From: Mayamaea pseudoterrestris
Lineage: Eukaryota
Direction of reading: 5' to 3'
Assembly (NCBI GenBank): GCA_027923505.1
Contig: BROI01000020.1
Coordinates: 310,001 to 374,000 of the forward strand
DNA length: 64,000 nt
Shown: one piece after another, positions 35,161-47,591 of the stretch
Numbering within the stretch: the stretch's first letter is position 1
How the letters are laid out: the number at the start of each line of letters is the position of its first letter
Translations under genes and position numbers: made by a program
Notes under the pieces: generated by a model
What the model was told of the DNA's origin: nothing
What the model saw: the letters and a program-made list of their open reading frames with translations, nothing else
The model's database searches: none

Positions 35161-37548
35161 TTATGCGACTGGGAGCGTCCGTGAAAGCAGTTGTTCAAGC
35201 GCCTCGGTGTTATCCATGCATGACAGCGCGCTGTAATCCTTGAAGCTATCTGCATGTACGATGTACCTAGTTAACTTGACAAACTCTTCTGCTGCTTCGT
35301 CCCGTTCCTTTTGATGTTCGCGCATAAGATCATACGTCGATGCTAGTAAAAAGTAGGCGTTCTTTAAGCGAGAGCAATCTTGGCAACGTTTAAAACACTC
35401 GATCGCTTGTTTAAACATTCTTGTCCCTGCCAGAAGGGAGTCGTTGCTTTTTGCTTCATCTTCCTTGGCGATCTGTAGATGACATTCAGCTATGGTCATA
35501 AATGTCTCGCCTTGCGTAAAAACATGTTCATGCTGTAGAATAGGCGATAGTGCTGCGCGGACAATGGCTAGCGCACGCTTCGGCTTGTGCATGCGCAAGT
35601 GAACTTGGCTAAGCAACGACAACGCACAAGCGTGCACTCCATTCATATTTGATTCTGAAATTGACAAACATTCGAGCAAATATGGCAGTGCTCCAGCAAA
35701 TTGATCAGATGCAGAGTCCAAGTGGATTGCAGTCAGTTGTAGGAGGAGTCGAGCATGGCGGACGTGTCGACGCTCGTTCTTACACTGCTCCAAGAGGGAC
35801 GATGTAAGCGACTTGGCCTCCTCCCACTTTTCCTGTCGCGACAGGAGCAAAGCTCGCTGCGCCATGATATCAATTTTAATCTCCTCCACATTTGGTATGC
35901 GCGGACAAAGCTGACATTGCATCGCGATACCAAGGTCTTCTGCCTCGCTCAGTTCACCGCGGCGAACAGCCCACTCATGAAGCAGCAACATCGTCTCCAA
36001 TTGAAAGGCCCCCTTTTTTGGCAATTTGAACATATCGCTATACTTATTCATTTTTCGCAGCGCCACAGCATAGACACAAGCACTATCATCGGTTGTCGCG
36101 CCCATTGGCTCTTCTAAATGTCCCTGAAGAGACTTTTGAAGGTCACTCGTCACATCATTGGACGAAAATCCAAGCAACGAGCATCGTGCAATATTTTGAA
36201 CAGCAGCGGCAACATCGTCCGACATCAAATGATTTGCATGACACTCAAGTACCGCCCGCGAGCTCATGTTCGACATGTTCGCTTGTCCAAACGCATCCCA
36301 AAGTCCGGCAGCAACGAGCCGCTGCCGCGCCAAAATCGCCAAGGCATCGTCGCCAGATTCCAAATGGTTCATACTCATAGCTCGATCCGAACCAGTCGAT
36401 ATACTTGTCGCTGTCGAATTGTCTACTAGCGCCTGCATCCAATGTGACCAAGCGACGGCTGGTTGATTCGTATTTTGCGTCGCCAGTATCAACGAAGCGC
36501 CAGCGTTGAGTGAACGCAAATTGTTTTGCGTCGCTCGCTCGACGCACCGATGCAGCAGCGAACGAGGCGCCAACGTGTTGCCATCTTGACCAAGCGACTC
36601 GTCGTGCAGACCCAGCCACCCCAATGCAAAGGCGACGCAGGCGGCGTCTCCGCCTTGCTGCGCCACGCGAACGGCTTCCTCGGTTGCCACGAGCGACATG
36701 TTCCGATCGCCGTTGGCGTTCCAAAAGGCGGCAGCCAATATTGCGGCAAACTGCAGAATCGATGTATGTTCGGTATCAGATGTCGTCGAAGATGAATTGC
36801 TGTTTTCTTCAAACTGCACCAAGGCCATGTCTATATATTCTTGCAAGGCGTCAATGGCCGCCTGACGATCGCCATTTTGGAGCGAGTAAAAGAACTTTAA
36901 AAAGTGACCCGACGGCAAAACTGGACAATGTTCCAAAATGGATTGAAGCTGCGAGTCTCGATCCTCTATATTGTCCGTCTTGTGCAAGGAGAGAGTTCTA
37001 ATCTCTTGCTGCAGAGACTCCTCCATTTGAGATGGCGACAATGTCCAGGAGGATAAGGGTAGCTCTGGTTCGTCTGCATTTAAACCATGCTGTTTGACGT
37101 AATCAATTTGCTTGACAAAATCACTCCACAGCGATCCAACGGAATCGAACGAAAGTTCCTCGAATCCAAGACTTACGGCTCGCAGATACATGCCACTGAA
37201 ACTCGTCGAGCTAACGTCAAGCGGTAACACTTGGCCCGTGACGGCTTGCTGAATGCTTTGCATCAGATCCATCAGGGCATCCACCGACGACGCCGCCGCT
37301 TCCAGCCAAGTAATAAAAAATTTTGTTATTTCGTAACCAACAGACTCTTGCATGGAATGCAGTAAAGTATATAGTGATGGTCCATGAATGGATGTGAGCT
37401 GCTTTTGCTCAATCAAAATTTGCTGCAAAAAGGCATCGACGGATGTCGGATCGTAGTCGATATGTTCGTACATGGAAAAGAAATTTTGCGAGTGAAGCGA
37501 AATCAAGGCCGATACGGCAATCGAGTAGCTTGTTGGACGAGATGCCAT
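35161..37548 (-). CDS. APC5: Anaphase-promoting complex subunit 5
   Basis: S..GMYLR....F..LSF; AAIDALQEYID; EEAVRVAQQGGDAACVAFALGWL; TPR-like C-half. Confidence 0.75.
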   Translation of the reverse strand: MASRPTSYSIAVSALISLHSQNFFSMYEHIDYDPTSVDAFLQQILIEQKQLTSIHGPSLYTLLHSMQESVGYEITKFFITWLEAAASSVDALMDLMQSIQQAVTGQVLPLDVSSTSFSGMYLRAVSLGFEELSFDSVGSLWSDFVKQIDYVKQHGLNADEPELPLSSWTLSPSQMEESLQQEIRTLSLHKTDNIEDRDSQLQSILEHCPVLPSGHFLKFFYSLQNGDRQAAIDALQEYIDMALVQFEENSNSSSTTSDTEHTSILQFAAILAAAFWNANGDRNMSLVATEEAVRVAQQGGDAACVAFALGWLGLHDESLGQDGNTLAPRSLLHRCVERATQNNLRSLNAGASLILATQNTNQPAVAWSHWMQALVDNSTATSISTGSDRAMSMNHLESGDDALAILARQRLVAAGLWDAFGQANMSNMSSRAVLECHANHLMSDDVAAAVQNIARCSLLGFSSNDVTSDLQKSLQGHLEEPMGATTDDSACVYAVALRKMNKYSDMFKLPKKGAFQLETMLLLHEWAVRRGELSEAEDLGIAMQCQLCPRIPNVEEIKIDIMAQRALLLSRQEKWEEAKSLTSSLLEQCKNERRHVRHARLLLQLTAIHLDSASDQFAGALPYLLECLSISESNMNGVHACALSLLSQVHLRMHKPKRALAIVRAALSPILQHEHVFTQGETFMTIAECHLQIAKEDEAKSNDSLLAGTRMFKQAIECFKRCQDCSRLKNAYFLLASTYDLMREHQKERDEAAEEFVKLTRYIVHADSFKDYSALSCMDNTEALEQLLSRTLPVA

Positions 37549-37905
37549 GGTGATGAATGACAAATGACGAAAGGAGGGCGAAGATGAATGTGGACGAGTT
37601 GTGAAAGGACGCGGAGGCGATGGTCTGAGCGTGTAACGGTGCGACATGCTGCTATGGAGTTTTGCATTAACAACATGTACACCAGTATTCATTGTATCGC
37701 TCATCGCCAACTCAGAGTGCTTGTAGCAGGCCAATATACCAATTTTCAACTGATGACTGGCGATGAGCTCAACTGCGAACACTAATTATCAATTATAGTA
37801 ATATACATCGCTGTCGAATATAATCGATAGTATTCTTGTGAATAAATCTATAAGAAATCGATGCTTGCTGCATACTCAGGTTTGACGAGCGCACGTTGTC
37901 TCGAC

Positions 37906-39165
37906 TCACTTACTTTCGTCGTACAGCTTCGTTAATTTCTCCACTTCGCATTCAATACTCTTAGAAAAATACCGTTTGATATCACCCCCGTATGAGGATG
38001 ACATGCCTGACACGTTTCGGCAATGTTCGTGCATCTTTACCAACCCTTCACCAAACTGAGCAAATGACGTCTTTAGCTTCTTGATCTCCATGGCTTTCGC
38101 ACTTATGTCACGTTTGAATGATGCGATTATAGTAGAATTCGAGTCAATGATTTCAGATGAAGAGCGAAGCGATTCAATGAGGAGCTTTGAAAGGAACATT
38201 GGACTTTGTTTTTCAAGTAATGCAGAGGATGCCTTATTATTGAGCAGACTCTTATATTGGTGTGTCAATGATTTGATACAACGATCTTGCAGTGTAGTAA
38301 GCTTGGGAAGGCTTGAATAATTCACGAGTCCTGCCTCCATTGTCAACAGGTCCAATGCAACAGTCGGATCAATGGCCGGAACGTACTTCTCGTGGGTAAG
38401 CGACCGAAAAGTAGCAAGATCCAGATCATTTTTCTGGCAAATGTGGTTCAGTAGCCAACTAGCATGAAGACTTGATTGTTCGCTTCGCTCGTACTTCCTC
38501 AGTACATGAATCCAGAATTGCGGCTCCGCATACCCGACAATCGGAGTTGCCGGCGGGTGTTTCAGCATCAGGAACTCCTTTGCGCAGTAATCAACCACGA
38601 CTCCAAGGACTTTTTTATTATGTAGAATACAAGAGTGCTTGTAGTAAATGTGACAGAGTCGTCGGGAAAGATCATTCTTGATAAAGGACATGGTGTCAAA
38701 TCGCAGAGAAGCGATATTGAAGTATAGACTTAGAAAATGTAACCCCGTCGCCGACTCCGTCGTCGTCTTCAATTGCTTGCGTGCGTCTCTGTCGTACATA
38801 TAGTCGAGCATTGCAGGGATCTCTTTTGCGGCAATCTCGTCCAATTCAATGCGACTAGTACGCGTCATTCCTTCCTGGAAATTAGAAGCTTGGTTACAGA
38901 TGCTTTCAAAGTAAACACTCTTGCGAGGTCCGACAGTCAAGATGCAGCAATGAACATGATACTCTTTATTCTTTGGGTTGCCGCTATCATCCTTGGTGGT
39001 GATCTGAATTGTCCAATCACTGTGGCTAATCTCAGGATCGAGACGCCATTCGAGACAGGCGCTGCTTGTCACCGTCGATGGAGGATTGATGTCCGCTTCG
39101 TCGAGCTCGTCACAGTAATCATCCACAAATGCGCAGTCCTCATCAATAGTATGATGTTCCGTCAT
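37906..39165 (-). CDS. BTB/POZ-domain protein of the diatom-expanded type
   Basis: LEWRLDP..SHSDWTI, YHVH..IL.VGPRKS.YF, PAMLDYMY. Confidence 0.8.
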   Translation of the reverse strand: MTEHHTIDEDCAFVDDYCDELDEADINPPSTVTSSACLEWRLDPEISHSDWTIQITTKDDSGNPKNKEYHVHCCILTVGPRKSVYFESICNQASNFQEGMTRTSRIELDEIAAKEIPAMLDYMYDRDARKQLKTTTESATGLHFLSLYFNIASLRFDTMSFIKNDLSRRLCHIYYKHSCILHNKKVLGVVVDYCAKEFLMLKHPPATPIVGYAEPQFWIHVLRKYERSEQSSLHASWLLNHICQKNDLDLATFRSLTHEKYVPAIDPTVALDLLTMEAGLVNYSSLPKLTTLQDRCIKSLTHQYKSLLNNKASSALLEKQSPMFLSKLLIESLRSSSEIIDSNSTIIASFKRDISAKAMEIKKLKTSFAQFGEGLVKMHEHCRNVSGMSSSYGGDIKRYFSKSIECEVEKLTKLYDESK

Positions 39166-39626
39166 GCTGGATTGTAAGAACTATAAGTCAAGAATGAGGC
39201 CAGCTTGGCAGCCTAGGTAGTCGATATGTCACGTTTGTTGGGATTTTGGGGAATCTTTTTCGCAGGTTTATGTGAGTACCGATGCGATGGTCTCCGTACT
39301 TGTAGCTGACTGTGCTGTAAATCAAAAAAAGCTTTACCTACCGTATCAATATGTGTCGGCACTCTGGTATATAATGCCAAGCGTTGCTACATGTGAGCCT
39401 ATTCAGCTAAGTTTTTTCCACTGACGTTCATTCTACCACTTCCAAGGCAGGCACTCACCAGGGATTGTAACATTATGATAGTCCCCAGCGAAAAAACAGC
39501 CTGCATTGCGAATCACCTTAATAGCTTCTTATCTTATGTATTGCTCCTGTTCACGCGTCGATAAATTTTCTTTCTTTGAACGGAGAAACGCTGTTTGCTG
39601 CCACCGGACTACCGTAGCTATACGGC

Positions 39627-40970
39627 CTATCGTGAGGCGGTTGGCAACGGACTTTTGTCGCCATCAGTGATGGAATGTCTCCATGCCGTCAAAGCCCGGC
39701 CAAAAAGACAGCTAATCGGCCTCACAAGCATTCCCTCATTAACAATCAAATCTTCCGACGAATTAGCTCTAAGAAATGCTGATTGCTTCAAATCAAGATC
39801 TCCGTTTGTAAAATCGCCCGAGATAAATTCGTAGCCGAGCTCGCTCAGTAGATTCGAGTCACTCATGGCGTTTTCGGATGCTTCATGGAATAGTCTTAAC
39901 AATTTCTCAGAATATCGACTCTTGCGTAGCGACTTGCCGATTGAAGCATGACCTCCAGCGGAGCGAGGCTGATAAGAGCCAAGCTGCTCAATCGATGTAC
40001 CCGTCACATGCTGTATCCGGTCTTGCCAAAAATGAGACAATACACTGACACACAATGTAAATTGCAAAATCTTTGTCAACTCCTTTGCTGGGTCCTGAAT
40101 CAAATCTTCAAAGCGAATGAGTAAAACCGGTATGTCTACATCATTCAGCCAGTATCTGTTGAATCGGTTCCAGATTTTAATTTCGTTTTCTGCCAGCGCT
40201 TCAAACTTGTCGCGAAACCTTTCATAAACCTCATCTGTCACTGTCTTGACATGACTCTTGGTGGCATTCATATTCCAGTACGAGTCAATCGCATCATAGG
40301 GGTTCCTCACGAGCAAAATGGCTCGTCGCGCCGTCACTGGCATGGCTCCTTGTCGCTCCGGCCAGTGAGTCTTGACAAAGGCAACGTTTTGGACAACACC
40401 TTCACCGACAAGGTTGTGCTGTTCGGCCAATTCGCGCGAAAGGTTTCGATCCGGCCGCGTGTCGCTTCCAGTGACAATGCCCGTCGTTCGTTCCAAGAGC
40501 GAGCGCAGCAGCGAATTGCCAGAGCGAGGATAGGAAGCTAGCAAGGTGATTCCCCGACCAGAAAAGTCATTTGTTTGCTTGGTTAGAAAGCGAAGTAAGG
40601 TTTGGTCGGCTGGAAATTGTTGTATATGTGACGGATTGCTCCATTCAAGGCGAGCTAGTTCCGTCGTTGTGTATCCGACCGACTCTCTCGGTCTCTTCCT
40701 CCGACATAACTTTCGTGTATTGAGGCGAGCCAATAAGACAGTCGCATCATTCACAGGACATACTACAAATTTGTGCATATGTTTTCGAGGTGCTGATCCA
40801 TTTGCAGAAGAAGATAAGACCTGCAGGGAGTCAAACGACGAGTCCTTGATTCGAAACAGCGGAAGCAGCTGCGTCGCGTATCGCTTCTTAGTCAACATAA
40901 AGGAAGTTCCATCATATTCAGGAAGATAGAAAAGAATAATTGAAAGCGGATAGCGTCCCAGGCTTTCCAT
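39627..40970 (-). CDS. Sulfotransferase-domain protein (WSCD-like)
   Basis: 5'PSB LASYPRSGNSLLR, VKTH, 3'PB LLVRNPYDAIDS, LIRFEDL. Confidence 0.85.
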   Translation of the reverse strand: MESLGRYPLSIILFYLPEYDGTSFMLTKKRYATQLLPLFRIKDSSFDSLQVLSSSANGSAPRKHMHKFVVCPVNDATVLLARLNTRKLCRRKRPRESVGYTTTELARLEWSNPSHIQQFPADQTLLRFLTKQTNDFSGRGITLLASYPRSGNSLLRSLLERTTGIVTGSDTRPDRNLSRELAEQHNLVGEGVVQNVAFVKTHWPERQGAMPVTARRAILLVRNPYDAIDSYWNMNATKSHVKTVTDEVYERFRDKFEALAENEIKIWNRFNRYWLNDVDIPVLLIRFEDLIQDPAKELTKILQFTLCVSVLSHFWQDRIQHVTGTSIEQLGSYQPRSAGGHASIGKSLRKSRYSEKLLRLFHEASENAMSDSNLLSELGYEFISGDFTNGDLDLKQSAFLRANSSEDLIVNEGMLVRPISCLFGRALTAWRHSITDGDKSPLPTASR

Positions 40971-41137
40971 GAGCTATGGCTGTTGAAGTCTGATGAAGAA
41001 TGAAAATGTTGTGATCGGACGGTCGGAAACGGATCTGTCGCAGCTGGTTGCGCTGCGACATGTTTTTCGCGGTCCCTCATCGCCAAATGCACAGATTAGG
41101 ATGCACTACCGTAGTCGGTATATACAATCTCTAATGG

Positions 41138-42361
41138 CTATCTAAAGGATTTTCGCACAGAAATAGACTGCTGCTCGGCTGCAGACAGTTGCGCGAGAAA
41201 CGAGTAGGCTTGTAGGTAGACGCCAGCATGAGCCTCGATAATGGGCTCCCAGTCATCAGTCCTTGGATAGCCTCCACCCATGGTAATAACAAACGGAACG
41301 TTAAGGTCACGAGCAAACTGATACACCATCTCGTTCCGTCTCCGAACGCATTCCAGTGTCAAATCCATTCTACCGAGCCGATCATGCCCCAAAACGTCCA
41401 CTCCAGCTTGGTAAAAGATGAGGTCAAACTCAGATCCCATTTCGTTTCCGATCCGCTTTAGCCAGTGATTCAATGTGCTCAAGTATGTCGCGTCGTTGCA
41501 TCCTTCAGGTAGCTCAATGTCCAAGTCAGACTTTTCCTTCTTGGAAAAGTGGTTTGCGGAGCAATGCATCGAAAAAGTAAAGACGCGTGGCTCTTCTTGG
41601 AACAAGACTGCATTGCCATTTCCCTGATGAACGTCCAGATCCACAATCAAAATCTTTCGAACTACTTCTGGAAACCTTTGTAGCACAACGTTGGCTGCCA
41701 CAGCAATGTCGCTAAAGACGCAAAAGCCTTCGCCTCGATCGTAAAATGCATGATGAGTTCCACCAGCAATTTGGGCGCTCCAAGGAGCAATGACGCCATT
41801 GTAGTTGTCATATATGTCTCGATTCTCCGTCCATTCTTGAATTGCAGAGACTGCGGCGGCAAAGGTGCCGCCAGTCGAGCTGAAGCTCCGATTGACGCCT
41901 TGCAAGCTCCATGGGAACCCAACGTTTCGTAGCTCCCGGTCAGTCAATTTGCCTGACATGTACCGTTGTATATAGCTTGGACAATGAGTAGTTTCCAGCT
42001 CTTGTATTGTAGCTAAAGGAGACACTCGAAAGTCTGATCTGACCTTGAAATTTTGACCATTTTCCAAAAGCGATCGCTGAACCAACTCTCGGGTTTGACG
42101 ATATTTCTGCATGGGGAACCGATGCTTTGGAGGCAGATCGACTTCATAAACGTCGTTATAATACATCGGAAAGAATGGCAGCCGATCATGTGTTGAACTG
42201 CTAGTTGTGGACTCCTCATTCGTTACTGCTGATGATGACGAGGAACCGGTTGCGAAGTAATGAACGGCAGTGCTTTGCCTTGATAGCGACCTGACACTGC
42301 CAAGTTGGATATGACTCAAGATATGCACCATAGCTAGCCAATGTGGTCTATGTATGATCAT
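41138..42361 (-). CDS. Histone deacetylase superfamily protein (HDAC11/bacterial-like)
   Basis: HRFPMQKY, GGTHHA, GEGFC, DLDVHQGNG, YQAGVD, DRLG, GGGY. Confidence 0.92.
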   Translation of the reverse strand: MIIHRPHWLAMVHILSHIQLGSVRSLSRQSTAVHYFATGSSSSSAVTNEESTTSSSTHDRLPFFPMYYNDVYEVDLPPKHRFPMQKYRQTRELVQRSLLENGQNFKVRSDFRVSPLATIQELETTHCPSYIQRYMSGKLTDRELRNVGFPWSLQGVNRSFSSTGGTFAAAVSAIQEWTENRDIYDNYNGVIAPWSAQIAGGTHHAFYDRGEGFCVFSDIAVAANVVLQRFPEVVRKILIVDLDVHQGNGNAVLFQEEPRVFTFSMHCSANHFSKKEKSDLDIELPEGCNDATYLSTLNHWLKRIGNEMGSEFDLIFYQAGVDVLGHDRLGRMDLTLECVRRRNEMVYQFARDLNVPFVITMGGGYPRTDDWEPIIEAHAGVYLQAYSFLAQLSAAEQQSISVRKSFR

Positions 42362-42595
42362 GCTCTAGATCAACAAGTTTTGCATTCGTCATTCGTCGTT
42401 CCATGGTCGAAGCCATAATTATTTTTTCGGAATGTCGCCGACGAAATTAGGTCTTACCGGTACTCCGCTTAAAGTAGCAGCAGGAAAGCAGTGTTAACCA
42501 GATTGCAAGTAGACTACAAGAGCATTGAAATACAATCCAATCTGATGTATAAAAACGACGCTCAATACTCAGCATCTACTGTACAGAAGCTCTAT

Positions 42596-44158
42596 TTATC
42601 CACGAGTTGCCGCTTTGGCTCTCCATCGCCGCACAAACTGCTCGATTTGTCCAACATGTCCATAGTCCAAATACAGCTGCTGATGACTCCGATCGGTATA
42701 GACCAGAGCGTTGCGATCCGTTGCATACTGAAGCACTGCGTCAAACTCTCCCTTGGGGCCCTTGACGCATTCGTGTATAAATACCTCCTGAAACTTGACT
42801 CGAGTCTGCTCCTTGTCCCACAACCAGATTTGATCCGCAACGTTTGCTGGGACTGGAGATGTATTGCTGTTACTTGACGTCTTGCTGCTGGTCCGTAGTT
42901 TCGGATGCGCATGTTTCTCCAGAAAGCGAACAATTTGCCGCGCATGAATGCCCAACGCAAAGGCACCTTTGATGCTGTCACGCGTAATTACCATAAAGAC
43001 AACGTTCGGAAGGCGGCGAATGGTTGTCACGTCACAAAAGAGTGAAAGCATGCTAACATGAAGCTCGCTTGTTGTGTATGCGCAAACTTGAAAGTTTGTT
43101 TGGACGATAATGCCGAGATGCGACGAGTCTTGCGGCTTTGGGTGCGCCAAGGCCGCGTCCAAAGCCTTGGATGAGAGCGACCATTGAGCTGCCGCTGCAG
43201 CGTTTGCAGCCTCTGGATTGGAGACAAGCTGCAAGGCAATCCGAGTCGGATAAAAGATTGTTTGCTTGGCAATCTTGCGTGTGTACAACAGCCCAAAGTG
43301 ATGCAGATCTTTCACCATGACGCGAGCATCCTTGGTGAGACTTGTAGACGTCAAATAAGCTTCACCAGGCCGACCAAAGGATAAACAAATCAACAAAAGT
43401 AGCGCTTCCTTGTGCAACTCCTTGCCTTTTTCATGTGAAGCCAAACTAGCCAGATACTGAACGACAAAATGCCAAACCTGCAAGGTCGTTTCCGACAACA
43501 TGAATTCATACCCCTGCTCGGTAATCACCAACGGCGCATCATCAGGTGCTCCATTAAACTCTGGATCCGGTTGCATCAAATTCATCTCCAATAGAAAGTG
43601 CACAACGGCGCGTGGTGGCGCCCTTTCCGAAACGGACCCCACCAAAAAGTGCAACACAGAATCCCATTGCGTCTGCGTATAATGCTCCAAATCTTCGATT
43701 GTAGTTTCCTTATGCGGCTCACTCGCTTCCTTTTCCAATTCTCGAATTTGCTGTATTGTCAATGGCATCCACGGCGACTGATCCAGTGCTCGCAGCGACT
43801 CGCCGATTCCATGATGAAATCCATTGGTGAGCGTCACCGTCGTTGCCATTTGCGTCGCATCAATAATGGCCCACGACTGCAACTCCCGCAACGCTCGATC
43901 CATGTTTTGGTGTCCCCACTTTTGAACATCGACTAGCGGAAAGCTTCCGCCCGTGCAAGTCAGTCGCATGACGATTTGCTGGGCCGGCATGGAGAGTTGC
44001 TGCAGAATGGCGCGGCAAACGTAGCGGCCGCGGGTTTCGTCAGTGTATAGTTCAAACAAGTCTTGGTGACTGAGACATTTTTGTAAATAGTCTAATACAC
44101 CAGTTGTTTTAGAGGCGCCGCGGCGCTTGGATGTAGTCTTCGTTTGGTCGCTGGCCAT
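42596..44158 (-). CDS. GTF2H4: TFIIH subunit p52 (Tfb2)
   Basis: QWDSVLHFLVG, ITEQGYEFML, FYPTR, IIVQTNFQVCAYT, QIVRFLEKHAHP, NVADQIWLW. Confidence 0.92.
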   Translation of the reverse strand: MASDQTKTTSKRRGASKTTGVLDYLQKCLSHQDLFELYTDETRGRYVCRAILQQLSMPAQQIVMRLTCTGGSFPLVDVQKWGHQNMDRALRELQSWAIIDATQMATTVTLTNGFHHGIGESLRALDQSPWMPLTIQQIRELEKEASEPHKETTIEDLEHYTQTQWDSVLHFLVGSVSERAPPRAVVHFLLEMNLMQPDPEFNGAPDDAPLVITEQGYEFMLSETTLQVWHFVVQYLASLASHEKGKELHKEALLLLICLSFGRPGEAYLTSTSLTKDARVMVKDLHHFGLLYTRKIAKQTIFYPTRIALQLVSNPEAANAAAAAQWSLSSKALDAALAHPKPQDSSHLGIIVQTNFQVCAYTTSELHVSMLSLFCDVTTIRRLPNVVFMVITRDSIKGAFALGIHARQIVRFLEKHAHPKLRTSSKTSSNSNTSPVPANVADQIWLWDKEQTRVKFQEVFIHECVKGPKGEFDAVLQYATDRNALVYTDRSHQQLYLDYGHVGQIEQFVRRWRAKAATRG

Positions 44159-44378
44159 GATGGAATGAATGAGATGATCGAAGTTGTGACAGACGCGCGC
44201 ATGGCGCGACGGCGCGGCAGACTTGGTTACCGTTGCGACTTGAACCGGCGCGGCTGCTGATCGCCATCAGATCTTTTGCGGATGCTCATGCCACAGAACA
44301 AAAGCACTTGCACGCTGCGTCAAAAGGCAAGAATAGTCCAAAGCGCAATAGTACAGACTCTAATATATAGAGTTCAAC

Positions 44379-47300
44379 ATGGCCATGCGGCTCACTCCTA
44401 TTCGCCCTACCGTTCAGGAAGCTGACAGTGTCCAGGCGCTCGGCAGCATGACACTCCAAGATTCTGCGCCGGCATCCAAGAACATCAGCGTGACTCCAAA
44501 GCCTGGCACAAACATGGGCAACTTGCTTCTTCGTCAAGACTTTGGAGCATGGTACGAAAGCATTACTACGACGCGATCTGCTGCTAGTGCAAACGCTGAG
44601 GATGTTGATGACGATCCGGAAAACATTTGGATAACAAGCAAGCGCATTGATTCCGTTTGCCTTGCCCATTGGTTCCACGCGTACTTGCTGGACCATTCTG
44701 ACTTGTTCAAGGAGGCGGCCGATCGTGATGCAGCTGGCAAGATTTTTTGCTCCTTTTACAATCAAGTGGTTGCCATGACTAGCCTCGAACCTTTCAAAAA
44801 GATGGAACCGCTCGTCATGACTCGACTCCGCGAACTAAAGTTGCTGCGCTCTAAGCGAACCGACGTCAAGACGGTCTTTATGATGTTTGCGGATGAAGAG
44901 GGAAACTTTGCATCAGCGGAAGAAAAAATGACGGCGCGTCAAGAAATGATGATGCGCAAAAAGCAAGAGCAGGCCAACAAGCATGGTACCATGGTGACGG
45001 AGGCACCCGAGCCGCAGTTTGTGCCGCTCGGAACGGAACATGTGTTTGACATCAAGGTTGGACCCGACGGTGCAATTCGTGACGGCAGCGAAATCGTTTT
45101 GAAGGAAGTCAGGCTATCTGGTCCCAATAGTAATCGGTACCAGATTAAGGAAGGCTCCAGGCTACCAACCGATCTTGACAGCTCCAGACTTTTCAAGTTT
45201 GCGGTGACGCCTGTAAATATAGGCGTGGTGCGGGCAAATGTCACCTTTGTCTTTCGCAAAAATGCGAATGAAGACTTTACTATTGTCCGATTTTTCGTGT
45301 TTCGAAGTGGTGACGAAAGCATGGACAAGATGCTGGTGCCTGTTGCTCCGTATAGGCGCAAAAAGACGCGCAATCGAAAGCAGCATGTCGCACCCAACAA
45401 GATTCACGATGCTCCTCCGCCAAGTAACGCTGGGAATAATCCATTCAAAGGAAAGTTGAAGTATTACGATGTTCCTAAGGATATCACGAACCTGCTGGTT
45501 GCGAACGAATTCGTCGATGCTGTCGGACCGTTGGGCGAGAAGATTCAGAACTACGCCAAGTTTTGGCATTCTCTCTTGTGGGCGTGCGAGCACCAGGATA
45601 TGCAGGATATTCAGTGGTACGATATGGAGGCGGTGCGGCTGCAGCGGGAGGGTAACATGTTTGTTTTACGTGTCCCCGGACTGGCCGAAAGCCGTCCTTC
45701 GGTTCTTCGCGGCGATGTGATTGAGATTAATTGGAAAGACCAAGTCTACAGGGGACGTGTTCAGCGAACACGAGAGCTGGAGGTAGTTTTGCAGTTTGCG
45801 CAGTCGTTTCAGCGAATGTTTAACGAGTCGCTGGACAGAGTCGATGTCCGCTTCACGTTCTCGCGTATGGCATATCGAACATCGCATGCTGGCTGTAATA
45901 TGGCTCGCGAAACAATGAAAACGGATCTGTTGTTTCCAGCGCCATCGCATGTTAAGCAAATTTCAGCTGCTGCTTGCCCCCGTAAAGAACCATATCCGCT
46001 TAACAAGTGGATGTGGGCGAATCCCTCATTGAATGATGAGCAGAAAATGGCCGTCCAGCAAATAGTGAGAGGATCCATGCGTCCATTACCTTACATTATT
46101 TTTGGCCCGCCTGGCACTGGGGTAAGTGAGATGGAGCGATTGGCGTCACTATTTCAATTCATGGAACTGTCAGTCTAACCAGAGTTCTTCCCTTGCAGAA
46201 AACCATGACAGTGGTCGAGACGGTATATCATCTCGCCAAGAAATGCCAAGCCAAGGTCCTGCTCGTTGCGCCGTCAAATGATGCGGCAGATATCTTGGTC
46301 GATCGGCTTGCGTCCTACTTTCCGCCTTCGGAACTTCGCCGCGCCCTTGCGTTTAGCAGGTCAATGGAAAGTGTTCCCAGCGCTATCTTGCCTTATGTCA
46401 CGGTAGGTGGTCCAAACGTTCAAGAAATCCTGTCGGAACAAACAAGAATCGTTGTCAGCACTGTTAATCTTGCTGCAAGATTTTCCTATCTAGGAGTTGC
46501 AAAAGGTTGCTTCGACGTACTTATGATTGATGAAGCGGGACATGCCACGGAACCAGAAGTTATTGCAGTAATGGCTTCCATAATGGACTTTGAGCGCAAG
46601 GGACAAATTATTTTAGCTGGGGATCCAAAGCAATTAGGCCCTGTGATCAGATCGGAAGAATGCAATGCACTGGGTATGTCCGACTCGTTCATGACACGTC
46701 TTATGAATCGAAGTGTGTACATGAAAGACGGCGGCGGATACACCCCAAGTCTGGTCACCAAGCTAGTGAAGAACTATCGTTCTCATCCGTCTATCATTAA
46801 GCTTCCAAACGAAATGTTCTACGATAATGAACTGGTGTGCGCGGGCGACCCATTGGTCACTCACAACCTAAATCAGTGGGAGCATTTGCCAGTCAAGAAG
46901 TTTCCCATTATCTTCCATGCAATCGACGGCGACAATGTTCGTGAAAGCAACTCTCCAAGCTGGTTCAACCCGCAGGAGGCGCAGCAAGTCGTACTTTATG
47001 TCCAGAAATTGATGTCTGAAACTCGCCCAGCGCTTCGCGCCGACGACATTGGCATTATCACTCCATATGCGCGTCAGGCGGAGAAAATTCGCATCGTATT
47101 AAACCACAAGGGTTTTAAAGATATCAAGGTCGGTTCAGTCGAGACTTTCCAAGGTCAGGAGCGGCGTTGCATCATTGTTTCGACTGTGCGATCGCTTGTC
47201 GACGAAGTCAATTCGGATAAGAGGTTCAATTTGGGTTTTGTTGCCAATGAGAAACGTTTCAATGTAGCAGTCACGCGAGCCAAGGCACTTCTTATCGTCA

Positions 47301-47509
47301 TTGGTTGCCCGAGAGTTCTTGCGTTGGACGAAGCGAATTGGCTTCCTTTCCTTCGGTACTGTCACGAAAACAGGGCTTGGTGCGGCGACGAATGGAATCC
47401 CGATGTAACTCCGATTAAGGAAGATGTAGGCGCCGGTGTCGTGGCGGACGAGGATGGTTGGGATCACGTTGAAGAGCAAAATTTTGCATTCACGTCACGA
47501 GAAGAATAA
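44379..47509 (+). CDS. MOV10/SDE3-like SF1 RNA helicase; intron 46122-46198
   Basis: VPGLAESRPSVLRGD, GPPGTG|KT, APSNDAAD, DEAGH, GDPKQLGP, NYRSH, SWFNP, ITPY, VETFQGQE, RFNVAVTRAK. Confidence 0.92.
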
Positions 47510-47591
47510 AGTGCAACCGTTAGATTAACAAAAGATAATCTATTTTAATATTCAGTTTATCAATGAAAACAACTAGTTTACACCCACAACT